A DNA stretch of 64,000 nt from an uncultured Nitrospira sp. (GCF_902500695.1 NZ_CABVRQ010000005.1:14390-78389), one strand, 5' to 3'; counted from the stretch's first letter, positions 1-9,724 are shown. A program made the numbers and translations. The notes: generated by a model from the sequence alone, not told the origin.

Positions 1-1093
1 TGGCCCGGCGAATACGGGACCGTTCGCCGATTTTGACATTTTCCATGATGACGGAGTCGCGGACTTCGGCATGAGGCTCGATGCGGACATTTGGTGAGAG
101 CACACAATTTTGCACCAGACTTCCGGAGATAATGCAGCCTCCTGAGACAATAGAATCCAGTGCCATGCCTCTGCGCCCTCCCGTGAAGTCATCGGCGAAG
201 ACAAATTTGGCTGGCGGGTATTGGCCCTGATACGTGCGAATTGGCCAGGCCTCATCATAGAGGTTGAGGTGGGGATCAACCCCGACGAGATCCATGTTGG
301 CTTCGTAGTAAGCGTCCAGGGTACCAATGTCCCGCCAGTACTTGACTTGTTTTTTGTTTTTATCTTCAAAATTATAGGCGAAAACTTTTTTGTTGTTTTG
401 AATCATGTTGGGAATGATGTTTTTCCCAAAGTCATGGGCCGTGGCCATTTCGGAATCTTTTCGCAATTCCTCATAGAGGTGGTCTGTGCGAAAAAGGTAA
501 ATGCCCATGGAAATAAACGCATGCGTTGGATTCTCAGGTAGGTGAAACGGGTTGGCCGGCTTTTCTTCAAATCTGGTGACACGGTTGGATGCGTCTACCC
601 CAAGGACCCCGAACTGCCGAGCTTCTTCGACCGGCCATTCAAGCGCGCCCACGACGGCATCCGCCTCCGTCTCCTGCATGAACCTGAGCATGTCAGCATA
701 GTTCATTTTGTAAAGGTGATCTCCGGCCAGCACCAATAAAAACTTCGGGCGTTCCTGTTCCAGCAGAAACAGGTTTTGATGGACTGCGTCGGCTGTGCCC
801 CGGTACCATTCGGCGCTGATACGTTGTTGCGGTGGGATGGAAAAGATGAATTCCCCCAGCTCCGGGTTGAAAATCGACCAGCCTCTTCGGATGTGGCGGT
901 CTAATGAGTGGGATTTATATTGAATGAGCACGGCAATTTTGCGAAGCCCCGAATTGAGGCAATTGCTCAAGGTCACGTCGATGATGCGGTATTTGCCTCC
1001 AAAGGGCACTGCAGGTTTGGCGCGGTGTTGGGTGAGCGGGAGGAGTCGTTCGCCGCGACCACCGGCAAGGATCATGGTATAGATATCAAGCAT
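1..1093 (-). CDS. glgC: glucose-1-phosphate adenylyltransferase (partial; C-terminus runs off the window start)
   Basis: Absent from the ORF track because it is open at the window edge. Reverse-complement translation from the ATG at 1093-1091 gives [44 protein letters not shown]..., which carries the GlgC ILAGGxGxRL and [14 protein letters not shown] motifs. The + strand ORFs 221-541, 542-739 and 908-1105 are antisense shadows. Confidence 0.85.
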   Translation of the reverse strand, partial: MLDIYTMILAGGRGERLLPLTQHRAKPAVPFGGKYRIIDVTLSNCLNSGLRKIAVLIQYKSHSLDRHIRRGWSIFNPELGEFIFSIPPQQRISAEWYRGTADAVHQNLFLLEQERPKFLLVLAGDHLYKMNYADMLRFMQETEADAVVGALEWPVEEARQFGVLGVDASNRVTRFEEKPANPFHLPENPTHAFISMGIYLFRTDHLYEELRKDSEMATAHDFGKNIIPNMIQNNKKVFAYNFEDKNKKQVKYWRDIGTLDAYYEANMDLVGVDPHLNLYDEAWPIRTYQGQYPPAKFVFADDFTGGRRGMALDSIVSGGCIISGSLVQNCVLSPNVRIEPHAEVRDSVIMENVKIGERSRIRRA

Positions 1094-1212
1094 GGGGGAC
1101 TATGATATCAAATGGCCCGGATGGAAGGAATGGGTTTCGTACTGGCTGTTGCCTGGCGCGCAAGCCAAGGGCTGTCAATGGAGGTTAGATTAGCCGGAAG
1201 GGTCTCAGTAAC

Positions 1213-1713
1213 TTATGCCGGCTTTGCCGGAGTATTCAGAAGTGCCTTGATGGCCGACTCGAGGTCTGAGGGTTTCGTTGCCGGGGCATAGCGTTCTTTG
1301 ACTGCACCGGTTTGGTCCACGAGAAATTTCGTGAAGTTCCACTTGATGGCTTCTGATCCAAGCACTCCCGGTGCCTCGGCTTTGAGATGTTTGAAGAGGG
1401 GATGGGCATCCGGCCCATTGACGTCCACTTTGGCAAACATGGGAAAGGTTACTCCATAGTGTGTTTGGCAGAAGGTGAGGATTTCTTCGTTCTCCCCCGG
1501 GTCCTGACTTCCAAACTGGTTGCAAGGAAATCCAAGAATTTCCAGGCCCTGGGCCTGATATTTCTGATAGAGATCTTCGAGCCCCTGGAATTGAGGGGTG
1601 AACCCGCATTTGGAGGCCGTATTGACGATCAGTAAGACCTTGCCCTTATTCGTGGCAAGGATTTCATCCTTTCCCTGGATGCTCTGGCAGGAGATGTCGT
1701 AAATGGTGCTCAT
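1213..1713 (-). CDS. gpx: glutathione peroxidase (Cys-type)
   Basis: 166 aa. Contains [15 protein letters not shown] (active-site Cys, not Sec), [11 protein letters not shown] and KWNFTKFLV, the classic GPx/BtuE signatures. Confidence 0.9.
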   Translation of the reverse strand: MSTIYDISCQSIQGKDEILATNKGKVLLIVNTASKCGFTPQFQGLEDLYQKYQAQGLEILGFPCNQFGSQDPGENEEILTFCQTHYGVTFPMFAKVDVNGPDAHPLFKHLKAEAPGVLGSEAIKWNFTKFLVDQTGAVKERYAPATKPSDLESAIKALLNTPAKPA

Positions 1714-2049
1714 GGGTTTTGTTCCTTTAACATTATGGAGTTCGAGTGACTGAAATGAGGCAGTGTTTCACTCTACTCGGTTCATTGGTCCGAGATCGTA
1801 TCATTTGGATATAGGTTTGGCCATGCGATGTTATGGTGAAGGCAAATTTGACAGGATATGGATTGTCCTGTAATGTGTGGTCTGTTCATGTCGATTCGGT
1901 CCGACGACGGGAACATCCTACAATTCTTCGGGCCCCGCGATCGTATCGCGACCAGATCCTGCTCGGAGCGGACTACCCACCTACTTCTGCTTCACTCGGT
2001 TTTCTGACCCCGTGTATATACGATCCTTGTAACAAAAGGAATAGTTTTT

Positions 2050-3321
2050 ATGTCTGCAACTGCGTTGTCACAGTTTGGTGCGCTTGGTGTGTCTGCTACC
2101 TTGGTTGGGGTTTTGAATAAACTCGGTATAACTGAACCGACTCCGATTCAAGTCCAGGCCATTCCCCCGGCTTTGGAAGGTCGGGATATACTGGGTTGTG
2201 CCCAAACCGGCACTGGAAAGACTGCCGCCTTTGTCATTCCGATAATTGAACGATTGGCAGATGGTCTTAAGGGCCATCCGCGTGCGATGATTTTAGCGCC
2301 AACCCGGGAATTGGCTTTTCAAATTCAAGAAACAGTTGATAAGTATGGGCGCGTGCGCGGGATTTTTGCGACCACCCTTGTGGGTGGCGCTGATATGCAT
2401 GCGCAGGTCCGCGGGTTACGGCAGCGTCCGGATATCATCGTGGCCACGCCGGGTCGTCTGCTTGATCATATGTGGCAGGGAACGGTTTCCTTTGCCAAGC
2501 TTCAGATGGTGGTTCTGGACGAAGCCGATCGGATGCTTGATATGGGGTTTGCCCCTCAGCTCAATCAGATCATTGAGGCCTTACCGGAAACCCGGCAAAC
2601 CTTACTCTTCTCGGCCACGATGCCAAGTAACTTGGCGGATTTGGCGCGCATGTCTCTCAACGATCCGTTTAAAGCCTTGGTGGCGAAATCGGCCACACCG
2701 GCTGAAGGGGTCACCCATACCGTGCATCACACGGCCAATTCGGATAAAACCTCCCTCCTGCTCTCTATTTTAAAGGAGACAGAAGGGTCGGTCCTCGTGT
2801 TTACCAGGACCAAGCATCGAGCTGACCGGATCGGGGAAACTCTGGAAAAGGTCGGTTGTCGTGTTGCGGTGTTGCATGCCGGACGACGGCTGCCTCAACG
2901 CCGCGCCGCGCTGGAAGGGTTTCGCCGTGGACGTTTTGAAATCTTAGTCGCGACCGATATTGCGGCCCGTGGGTTAGACGTGGACAATATTCAACACGTG
3001 ATTAATTATGATTTGCCTCATGTGCCGGAAGATTATATCCATCGTATTGGTCGGACGGCGCGTAAAAATACCACAGGTTGGGCCACCAGTTTTGTGACCG
3101 GTGAGGATAACCGTTCATTACGAATGATCGAAAAGTTGCTGGGGAAGGCGGTTCCCTGCGCCCCTGGAAGCCGGCCGCCAATGCCGGCCACTTCACCCGA
3201 GAGACGTGGGCCTCGGCCAAATTCGGGAGGGAGGGGCTTTGGCGCTTCACGATCTGGGAGCCCGGCTCGGCATGACCGACCGGCTGGCCGCCGACCGCGT
3301 CCATCCACCTTAGCTTCCTAA
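2050..3321 (+). CDS. DEAD-box ATP-dependent RNA helicase (RhlE-like) with basic Arg/Gly/Pro-rich C-terminal tail
   Basis: 423 aa. Motif I AQTGTGKT, motif II VLDEADRMLD, SAT, and HRIGRTAR. The C-terminal tail reads RRGPRPNSGGRGFGASRSG. Confidence 0.9.
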   Translation: MSATALSQFGALGVSATLVGVLNKLGITEPTPIQVQAIPPALEGRDILGCAQTGTGKTAAFVIPIIERLADGLKGHPRAMILAPTRELAFQIQETVDKYGRVRGIFATTLVGGADMHAQVRGLRQRPDIIVATPGRLLDHMWQGTVSFAKLQMVVLDEADRMLDMGFAPQLNQIIEALPETRQTLLFSATMPSNLADLARMSLNDPFKALVAKSATPAEGVTHTVHHTANSDKTSLLLSILKETEGSVLVFTRTKHRADRIGETLEKVGCRVAVLHAGRRLPQRRAALEGFRRGRFEILVATDIAARGLDVDNIQHVINYDLPHVPEDYIHRIGRTARKNTTGWATSFVTGEDNRSLRMIEKLLGKAVPCAPGSRPPMPATSPERRGPRPNSGGRGFGASRSGSPARHDRPAGRRPRPSTLAS

Positions 3322-3373
3322 CCCCTCACACGTAGCCTCTTTATCTTCATAAAGGGCATCGCGGGTTTTTCTT

Positions 3374-3410
3374 GAAGCCCGGATCTTTTGGTCCGGGCTT
3401 CCTTGTTTTT
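3374..3410 (+). terminator. rho-independent terminator after the helicase gene
   Basis: GAAGCCCGGA (3374-3383) pairs with TCCGGGCTTC (3392-3401) and is followed by CTTGTTTTT. Confidence 0.7.
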
Positions 3411-3685
3411 AAATGGTCTCTGTCTCTCCATATCCCTTTCCTTCTCCTTTTATTCCAGGTTATGACTCCACGTTGTTCGTGGGATTTTTGGCTGATTCGA
3501 TAAAGACCTGCGTTACCTTTTCCCGTATGAAAAATTACAGAGGTTGTGCCTCGCACTGTGGCGATCGTGGTTCTGGGCTCAAAGGTGAAACGTGAATTGT
3601 TCGGCGTTCGAAATTCTGTTGGACAAGTGGTCAGAATTGGTGGGTATCGCTTTCGGGTCGGGGTGTCACGGAATCTCAAGCTTAG

Positions 3686-4309
3686 GTGTTAGGTTTTGAC
3701 CTTAACGATTCCGTGTATGCTTCGGTGGCGAAGGGGATGGAGATGTTTAATGTTGACGAGGTGGTTGAAATTGGTGTGGTTCATGACTCGGTCCAGGTGG
3801 TGCCCTGGTGGTCGTTGAGATCAGGCCGTTACTCACTAACCAGCATCGGGAAACGAAAGATTTTATCTTCACCACTCTATCCAGCCAAATTGAAGGTGCT
3901 AGATGACCTTATGCGGGTGCCAATCGGGTCTACGCGTCAGGCAATGCAAAGATTTTGCTCATCGCGAGTTAGCTAGAAGGAGGTACCCATATTCGGACCC
4001 TTATGGGGGATCACTATGGAAGAGCGATATGCAACAAAAAACTTGTTGCGCACCATCGGAGGCAGGCCTTTTCGAATCTTTCTATTTGAATCAATGATTC
4101 GTGCCATATGTGGAGGAGGGTTTGGCGTGATCTTGGGGTCCCGGGAGCGTAGCTGCTAAAGATCGTCCTCGGGGTTTCCGGTTTAGGTTGATGAGCAATA
4201 GCTTCTTGTTGGTCTTCTTGTAGCCATCGCGACCAACTTGCTTTTCAGTGTGACTTGTGTTCGACGCGCGATCCGGATTAACCCGGTCGAAGCTCTCCAT
4301 GTCGAATAA
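3686..4309 (+). pseudogene. decayed MacB/FtsX-family ABC transporter permease (C-terminal part; may extend 5' to ~3413)
   Basis: A single reading frame (positions = 2 mod 3) reads ...VPIGSTRQAMQRF..S*KEVPIFGPLWGITMEERYATKNLLRTIGGRPFRIFLFESMIRAICGGGFGVILGSRERSC*RSSSGFPV*VDEQ*LLVGLLVAIATNLLFSVTCVRRAIRINPVEALHVE*. The xERxxExGxxxxxGxxxxxIxxxFLxExxxxxxxGGxxGxxxG block and the terminal RxxRINPVEALxxE are the hallmark FtsX-domain ending. In-frame stops lie at 3974, 4157, 4184 and 4199, with more upstream at 3593 and 3683. Confidence 0.55.
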
Positions 4310-4431
4310 TGGCCGTTTGGGAAGGGCCTGTGTCCTGGATTATTGAAGAATGGGGACGAAACCATCCATTTTGCACTAGAATTCGGTGGTAGTGAAATAT
4401 TTTCATAACATTATCTATGGAGGTGGTGACG

Positions 4432-4839
4432 ATGCGTGTACCATCCTGGATCTCTCGGCTCACTATTGCCCTATTGTGCATGGGGCTCATGGCGGGTTGT
4501 GCTTCCTATTCAACTGGTACGGTCAATCCACATGTGGCGGAAGCATTAACGCATGCACAGGAAGCGGTAGATCATGGTGGCATGGGGCATGCCGAGGTGA
4601 TTGTGACGCATGCGGAAGCTTCCCTTCAACATGCGCAGGCCGCGAAAAACGACATGAATAATCCTCACCTTGATGCGGCGATTACCGAGTTAGGGGAGGC
4701 CATTACCCATGGCAAAGCCGGCCATGCTGATGTGGCGACCGATCATGCCAAATCTGCCACAATGCATTTAAAAGAAATTGATGGAATGATCCCTATAAAA
4801 GAAAGTAATGAAGTGACGCCCTCATCGGGGTATTATTGA
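4432..4839 (+). CDS. small His-rich metal-binding lipoprotein (SmbP-like)
   Basis: RBS GGAGGTGGTG precedes the ATG at 4432. Lipoprotein signal MRVPSWISRLTIALLCMGLMAGC. The mature part is made of His-rich helical repeats (HVAEALTHAQEAVDHGGMGHAEVIVTHAEASLQHAQAA / HLDAAITELGEAITHGKAGHADVATDHAKSATMHLKE) resembling the Nitrosomonas SmbP family as I remember it. Confidence 0.55.
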   Translation: MRVPSWISRLTIALLCMGLMAGCASYSTGTVNPHVAEALTHAQEAVDHGGMGHAEVIVTHAEASLQHAQAAKNDMNNPHLDAAITELGEAITHGKAGHADVATDHAKSATMHLKEIDGMIPIKESNEVTPSSGYY

Positions 4840-4891
4840 AGGGGCTCTCTGCAGGATGTTTCTGGGAGAGGTGATGGTGGGCCGGGGAAAC

Positions 4892-4927
4892 AAGAACCCC
4901 GCCTGAATGGGCGGGGTTCTTATTTGT
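4892..4927. terminator. bidirectional hairpin terminator between convergent genes
   Basis: A 12-bp perfect stem AAGAACCCCGCC (4892-4903) / GGCGGGGTTCTT (4910-4921) with a 6-nt loop, followed by ATTTGT. It sits between the ends of the 4432-4839 (+) and 4943-5494 (-) genes. Confidence 0.65.
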
Positions 4928-4942
4928 GATATTCCCGTAACT

Positions 4943-5494
4943 TTAGTGGGCAGTTTTAACGTCCAATATTTTTACGTCAAAGTAGAGTGTTTTTCCCGCT
5001 AAGGGGTGATTGAAGTCTAAGACGACCACTTGTTCTTTCACTTCCGTCACGGTCGGGGTGACCATTCGCCCCTGGCCATCTTTTCCTTGTAATTTTACTC
5101 CGACTTTTCGTGCATCAGTGGGAATTTGATCAATAGGGACTTCTTGGATGGCCTGAGGGTCGATAGTGCCATATCCCTCTTCCGGGGAAACCTTCACCTG
5201 TTTACTTTCGCCCGCCTTCATGCCATCCAGGGCAGTTTCCAGTCCAGGAATGATTTGGTGGGATCCCTGGGTAAATGTCAACGGTTCTCCGCCCACGTTG
5301 CTGTCAAGCACCTCTTTGTTTTCCAACGTCAAGGTATACTCCATCGAGATGGATTTTCCTTCGGAAACGGTCATGGGTGAGCCTCCCTCTTGTGATTCTG
5401 CCTGTGCAGATGCGGCCATTCCTGAGGCCACCAACAAGGAGCAACAGACAATCCGAGCCAATACATGCAGTGCCATGAGACTGATCCTCCGCAA
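4943..5494 (-). CDS. FKBP-type peptidyl-prolyl cis-trans isomerase, secreted
   Basis: 183 aa with an N-terminal signal peptide (...LLVASGMAASAQA). FKBP/SlyD-like core: FTQGSHQIIPGLETALDGMKAGE...VLDFNHPLAGKTLYFDVKILDV. Confidence 0.8.
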   Translation of the reverse strand: MRRISLMALHVLARIVCCSLLVASGMAASAQAESQEGGSPMTVSEGKSISMEYTLTLENKEVLDSNVGGEPLTFTQGSHQIIPGLETALDGMKAGESKQVKVSPEEGYGTIDPQAIQEVPIDQIPTDARKVGVKLQGKDGQGRMVTPTVTEVKEQVVVLDFNHPLAGKTLYFDVKILDVKTAH

Positions 5495-5884
5495 AAATTA
5501 TTGCTGATATAACAGTTGGCTGGAAATGGGGGCGGTTTAGAACGGGATGGGGAACAACCGTTTGCTTCCAGACTGTTGGTGAACGAATGCAATAATCTAT
5601 CAGAAATTTTTTTTCTTGGCTATGTGATCAGGGAATATTCTGCTGCTAGGGGAAAAAGATGGCTGAGATTCATGAAAACCTCTAAAGTTGTGAACTGAGG
5701 AAGACCAGAGAGTCGGATGGTTCGGGGGAGCCTCCTAGCCTGGCTCTCCTCCTTCGACTATTCCTGGCCTGGGAACCTCGCTATACTAGGCCGAACAGTG
5801 TTTTGTCGTGATCTTTCGTTTGCGAGTAGGATGTTTAGTTCCCTTTAAGATTTCTCTCTTGGACCGGAGGAGGAAAGGCCCAAA

Positions 5885-6529
5885 ATGGAACCCAACGAAC
5901 GGATGGTGAAAGCGAAACAACAGGTCTCCCAACATCGGCGGGAGTTCTCCTGTCGGGAGGTGGATGAACCTCAGGATGACCGTGTTCCGCCCGGGCAACA
6001 TGTGGTGAATAATTTTCCAGTCCTTGATTTAGGCTGTAAGCCGGAGATCGTGTTGGCGGAATGGGCCTTAAGTATTGATGGATGCGTGGCCAATCCGTTG
6101 ACCTGGGATTGGGAGGCATTTCAACGACAACCCCAGGTGCAGCTGACCGCTGACTTTCACTGTGTGACGTCCTGGAGCATGCTGGATAATGAGTGGGGTG
6201 GTGTGAAATTTCAACATCTGTTGGATTTGGTTCGTCCCTTGCCGGAGGCGAAGTACGTGTTATTCGAAGCCTTTGATGAATATACGACCAATGTTTCTCT
6301 TAAGGTCTGCAATGATGATGATGTGCTTTTGGCCACCCATTGGAGCGGGAGGCCATTGACCAGAGATCATGGTGGTCCGGTACGGGTGATTATTCCCAAA
6401 CGTTACGGATGGAAAGGGGCAAAGTGGGTCAAAAAAATTACCTTTTCCGAGTGTGACCAAAAGGGGTTTTGGGAAGTGCGGGGGTATTCCAATACCGCGC
6501 TTCCATGGGACAACGATCGTTATGGTTGA
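5885..6529 (+). CDS. sulfite-oxidase-fold molybdopterin-dependent oxidoreductase, short cytoplasmic form
   Basis: 214 aa. FHCVTSWSMLDNEWGGVKF, HGGPVRVIIPKRYGWKGAKWVKKI and GFWEVRGY are typical of the Moco-binding SUOX/YedY(MsrP)-like domain. No signal peptide. Confidence 0.8.
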   Translation: MEPNERMVKAKQQVSQHRREFSCREVDEPQDDRVPPGQHVVNNFPVLDLGCKPEIVLAEWALSIDGCVANPLTWDWEAFQRQPQVQLTADFHCVTSWSMLDNEWGGVKFQHLLDLVRPLPEAKYVLFEAFDEYTTNVSLKVCNDDDVLLATHWSGRPLTRDHGGPVRVIIPKRYGWKGAKWVKKITFSECDQKGFWEVRGYSNTALPWDNDRYG

Positions 6530-6600
6530 GCGTGAGGTTCGGCTTCCTGTAATCAAGCGTTTTCCTTTCTTTTCTGTGCATTCTCCCTGTAGTTATTCCG

Positions 6601-7707
6601 GTGCGTGATCCTTTTTGTATTACCAAAGTTGAAGCGTGGCCAATCGCCTTGCCGCTCCTGGCCCCGTTTGTCGTGGCATCAGGAGCCATGACGGTGGCTC
6701 ACAATGTATTTGTCCGTGTCACGCTTCGCAACGGGGCGTACGGTTTTGGGGAAATGGCACCGTTTCCTGATATTTCAGGTGAGGATCAGGCGAGTTGCTT
6801 GCGAGTCTTTCCTCTTGCAGCCAAGGCATGTCTGGGACAATCTGCCACTCATTTCAGGAAAATAGCACAGCAGCTTCGTGAGGTGGCCACCCAGACTCCT
6901 GCTGTTCGATGTGGTCTTGAAACGGCCCTCCTTGATGCGTGGTGTCGTGGCATGGGTATTCCATTGTGGGGACTGTGGGGAGGGGCGGATGTGCGACGAC
7001 AGCAAACCGATGTCACGTTGCCTATTGGACTACTCGACCAGGTTGTTGACACCGCCCGAGCATGGTATGCGAGGGGATTCCGGATATTTAAAATGAAAGT
7101 CGGTTTGGAGGTGGATGAGGATATCCGGCGAATTGAGGCCGTGTGTGCCGCATGTCCCGATACGAAGCTTGTGCTTGATGCCAATCAAGGTTTTTCATTG
7201 GAGCAGGCAAGTGAGTGCATAAGAGCAATAGAGCGATTGCATCTACCTGTGATGTTATTCGAACAACCGGTCGCCCGGGAGGATGTTGAGGGATTTGTGG
7301 CCTTGCGACGGACAGGAACGATTCCTCTTGCCGCTGATGAATCGGTTCGATCCGTCGAGGATGCCCGACGATTGATTGAACAAAATGCAGTGGATGTGTT
7401 GAATCTCAAAATTACGAAGTGCGGGGTGGTGGAGTCCATGGATATTGCCGGGTTGGCCCGCGCCTCAGGACTCAGGCTTATGATTGGTGGCATGGTAGAA
7501 AGTCGTGTGGCGATGGGCTGTTCCTGGAGTCTGGTGTTGGGATTGGGAGGATTTGAATTTTTAGATCTTGATATGCCGCTCCTGTTGTCAGATGATCCGG
7601 TTCAAGGCGGGTATGCGTATAAGGGATCGGTCTTGGAGCCATGGGAAGAGTCCGGGCTTGGGATGGAGATGAGGGAAGAGCCCTCATCGGTGATCGTTCT
7701 TGAATAG
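6601..7707 (+). CDS. enolase-superfamily dipeptide (L-Ala-D/L-Glu) epimerase / muconate cycloisomerase-like protein
   Basis: 368 aa with a GTG start. FKMKVG, LVLDANQGF, FEQPV, PLAADES, NLKITKCGG-like and MIGGMVES blocks of the MR/MLE subgroup. Confidence 0.8.
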   Translation: MRDPFCITKVEAWPIALPLLAPFVVASGAMTVAHNVFVRVTLRNGAYGFGEMAPFPDISGEDQASCLRVFPLAAKACLGQSATHFRKIAQQLREVATQTPAVRCGLETALLDAWCRGMGIPLWGLWGGADVRRQQTDVTLPIGLLDQVVDTARAWYARGFRIFKMKVGLEVDEDIRRIEAVCAACPDTKLVLDANQGFSLEQASECIRAIERLHLPVMLFEQPVAREDVEGFVALRRTGTIPLAADESVRSVEDARRLIEQNAVDVLNLKITKCGVVESMDIAGLARASGLRLMIGGMVESRVAMGCSWSLVLGLGGFEFLDLDMPLLLSDDPVQGGYAYKGSVLEPWEESGLGMEMREEPSSVIVLE

Positions 7708-7720
7708 GGGGAGGGTTGAG

Positions 7721-7889
7721 CTAGGAGCCTGTCGGACTTAGGATGAATCGGCTGCAAAAGTGTCTAAGCGGTCCATATTTCGCCGCTTTCTTGGACCATA
7801 GTCCCACTATGGGCCAGCGAAATCGTCAAAATCTGGCCTCGCTCAGCCGCTTTTTCGCTCTCGATCCCCTAAGTCCGACAGGCTCCTAG
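7721..7889. repeat. 169-bp MITE-like palindromic element with 22-bp perfect terminal inverted repeats
   Basis: CTAGGAGCCTGTCGGACTTAGG (7721-7742) is the exact reverse complement of CCTAAGTCCGACAGGCTCCTAG (7868-7889). The interior is itself an imperfect long palindrome centred on GGACCATAGT-CCC-ACTATGGGCC (~7800-7822). Confidence 0.7.
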
Positions 7890-8164
7890 AATGCCAGCAG
7901 CATTTTCATTCCTTGGTTGTGCACAGAAATCTCCATCGCACGGGCGGCGGTCCAATTGTTAAACGCTTTTTTTTGATTAGATGAGGACCAGTCTTTCTTG
8001 CCGCAAGTCTCAAGACACGTTTGGCAATCCCTTTTCACATGGGCAGGTGTCGTAATGATGGAATTTCCGGATTCAAGAGTGGGTTGCTTGCCAGAATTCT
8101 CATTTACTGGGTAGGATTATTTAATGTTCGGATTAGAGATGTTGCTTAAACAGGATGGTGAATA

Positions 8165-9724
8165 ATGGGAATCGGTAAACGAATGATGGGATGGAGCAAG
8201 ACCCTCGGACTTGTGGGGCTGGTGTGGTTCGTCAGCGGAGGGATAGTGTTTGGTCAGGATCTGGCCTCCTTTGAGCAACGTGTGACCCGGCATACGTTAA
8301 AGAACGGGTGGACCTTCATTATTGTGGAACGTCCAGTGGCCCCTGTCTTTGCCTTCATGACGCGAGTCAATGTGGGATCGGCTCAGGAAATCATGGGGCA
8401 AACGGGACTGGCGCATATGTTTGAACATATGGCGTTTAAAGGAACACCTCACATTGGAACGACCGATTACGATGCAGAAAAGGTTGCGCTAGAGGCATTG
8501 GAAGAGGCTTACCAGGCCTATCAACAGGAAAAGTTTGCTTCCGTCTCTGATCCGGAGACGGTGGATCGCCTGTATACCGTTTTTAAAGAACGACAACAAG
8601 AGGCTTCTGCCTATGTGGTGAAAAATGAGTTTGGTGATATTATTGAACGGGAAGGTGGGGTAGCCTTAAACGCGTTCACCGGCGCTGATGTGACCGGGTA
8701 TTTTTATGCCCTTCCGGCCAATAAAGTCGAATTGTTTGCCTATCTGGAGTCTGAGCGGTTTCTGCACCCGGTCTTTCGGGAATTTTATGAGGAACGGGAC
8801 GTGGTCATGGAAGAGCGTCGAATGCGGACGGAAAGCCAACCCTTCGGCCGGTTGCTCGAACAATTTGTCGCGACGGCCTATATGGCTCATCCATATCATC
8901 ATCCGGTGATTGGCTTTGCCAGCGATATCCAATCCTACACGATGACCGATGCGAAGAAGTTTTATGATGCGCAGTATGTTCCTACCAATTTGGTGACGGC
9001 GATCGTCGGGGATGTGAAAGCGGAGACGGTTATTCCGATTCTCGAAAAATATTTTAATCGAATCCCCTCTGCACCCTCGCCCCCACCGCTTCGAATCGTT
9101 GAGCCTCCCTCCATCGCAGAAAAAATTGTAAAGCTGCAGGATCCTTCCCAACCGTTATATATCGAGGGTTATCATAAGCCCCCTGTGACTCATGCCGATC
9201 AACCGGTGTACGATGCGATCGACGATATTTTGACGAACGGGCGGACGTCCCGGTTGTATCGATCGCTGATACGGGACAAACGCATCGCGGTATCGGTCGG
9301 AGCCTATGGGGAATATCCTGGTGACAAGTATCCGCATGTGTGGATGGCCTATGCTGTTCCCGGCCGGGGCGTGACGAATCAGACGGTGCAACAGGCCTTA
9401 CGAGAAGAATTTGACCGGCTTAAAACACAGGACGTCTCCGATGAGGAGTTGGCTCGATTTCGCACCAGGGCGAAAGCCGGGCTTGTCAGGGCCTTGAATA
9501 ATAACCTGGGCATGGCGATGTACCTGACTGATTATCAGATGTTGTTTGGAGATTGGCGCGAGTTATTCCGGTCCATTGATCGGTTGGATCAGGTGACCAA
9601 GGCCGAAATTCGTCGGGTCGCCAACACGATGTTTCAATCGACGAACCGAATCGTGGGCATGATTGAAACGGTGCCTCCTGCCGGTAGTCCTCAACCAGTC
9701 ACTTCCGGGGAGGGTCAATCATGA
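8165..9724 (+). CDS. M16 (pitrilysin/insulinase) family zinc peptidase, catalytic subunit, secreted
   Basis: 519 aa with an N-terminal signal-like segment. Inverted zinc motif HxxEH is present (HMFEHMAFKGT). Confidence 0.85.
   Translation: MGIGKRMMGWSKTLGLVGLVWFVSGGIVFGQDLASFEQRVTRHTLKNGWTFIIVERPVAPVFAFMTRVNVGSAQEIMGQTGLAHMFEHMAFKGTPHIGTTDYDAEKVALEALEEAYQAYQQEKFASVSDPETVDRLYTVFKERQQEASAYVVKNEFGDIIEREGGVALNAFTGADVTGYFYALPANKVELFAYLESERFLHPVFREFYEERDVVMEERRMRTESQPFGRLLEQFVATAYMAHPYHHPVIGFASDIQSYTMTDAKKFYDAQYVPTNLVTAIVGDVKAETVIPILEKYFNRIPSAPSPPPLRIVEPPSIAEKIVKLQDPSQPLYIEGYHKPPVTHADQPVYDAIDDILTNGRTSRLYRSLIRDKRIAVSVGAYGEYPGDKYPHVWMAYAVPGRGVTNQTVQQALREEFDRLKTQDVSDEELARFRTRAKAGLVRALNNNLGMAMYLTDYQMLFGDWRELFRSIDRLDQVTKAEIRRVANTMFQSTNRIVGMIETVPPAGSPQPVTSGEGQS

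Noticed and set aside
221-1105. Three + strand ORFs (221-541, 542-739, 908-1105) in the first kilobase.
   Set aside because: They lie antisense to a continuous minus-strand reading frame that translates into an unmistakable GlgC N-terminus. They have no recognisable motifs, so they are shadow ORFs.
3411-4416. A long gap after the helicase, considered as a possible RNase P RNA, tmRNA, SRP RNA or 6S RNA, or as a stop-codon-recoding gene.
   Set aside because: None of the universal motifs is present on either strand (GAGGAAAGUCC for RNase P, the GGGGCUGAU.../UCCACCA ends of tmRNA, the GGAAGCAGCC SRP loop). The single-frame FtsX-like translation with six different stops (TGA, TAG, TAA) is better explained as a pseudogene than as recoding.
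5725-5884. A possible Moco riboswitch in the leader of the short molybdoenzyme gene. It has GAGCCUCCUAGCC, similar to the CUCCGAGCC block I associate with the Moco motif, plus GGAGGAGGAAAGG near the RBS.
   Set aside because: The order of the 3' elements (GGAGG before AAAGG) and the helices I could draw do not fit my recollection of the motif. I cannot verify the consensus from memory. A cmsearch with the Rfam Moco model would settle it.
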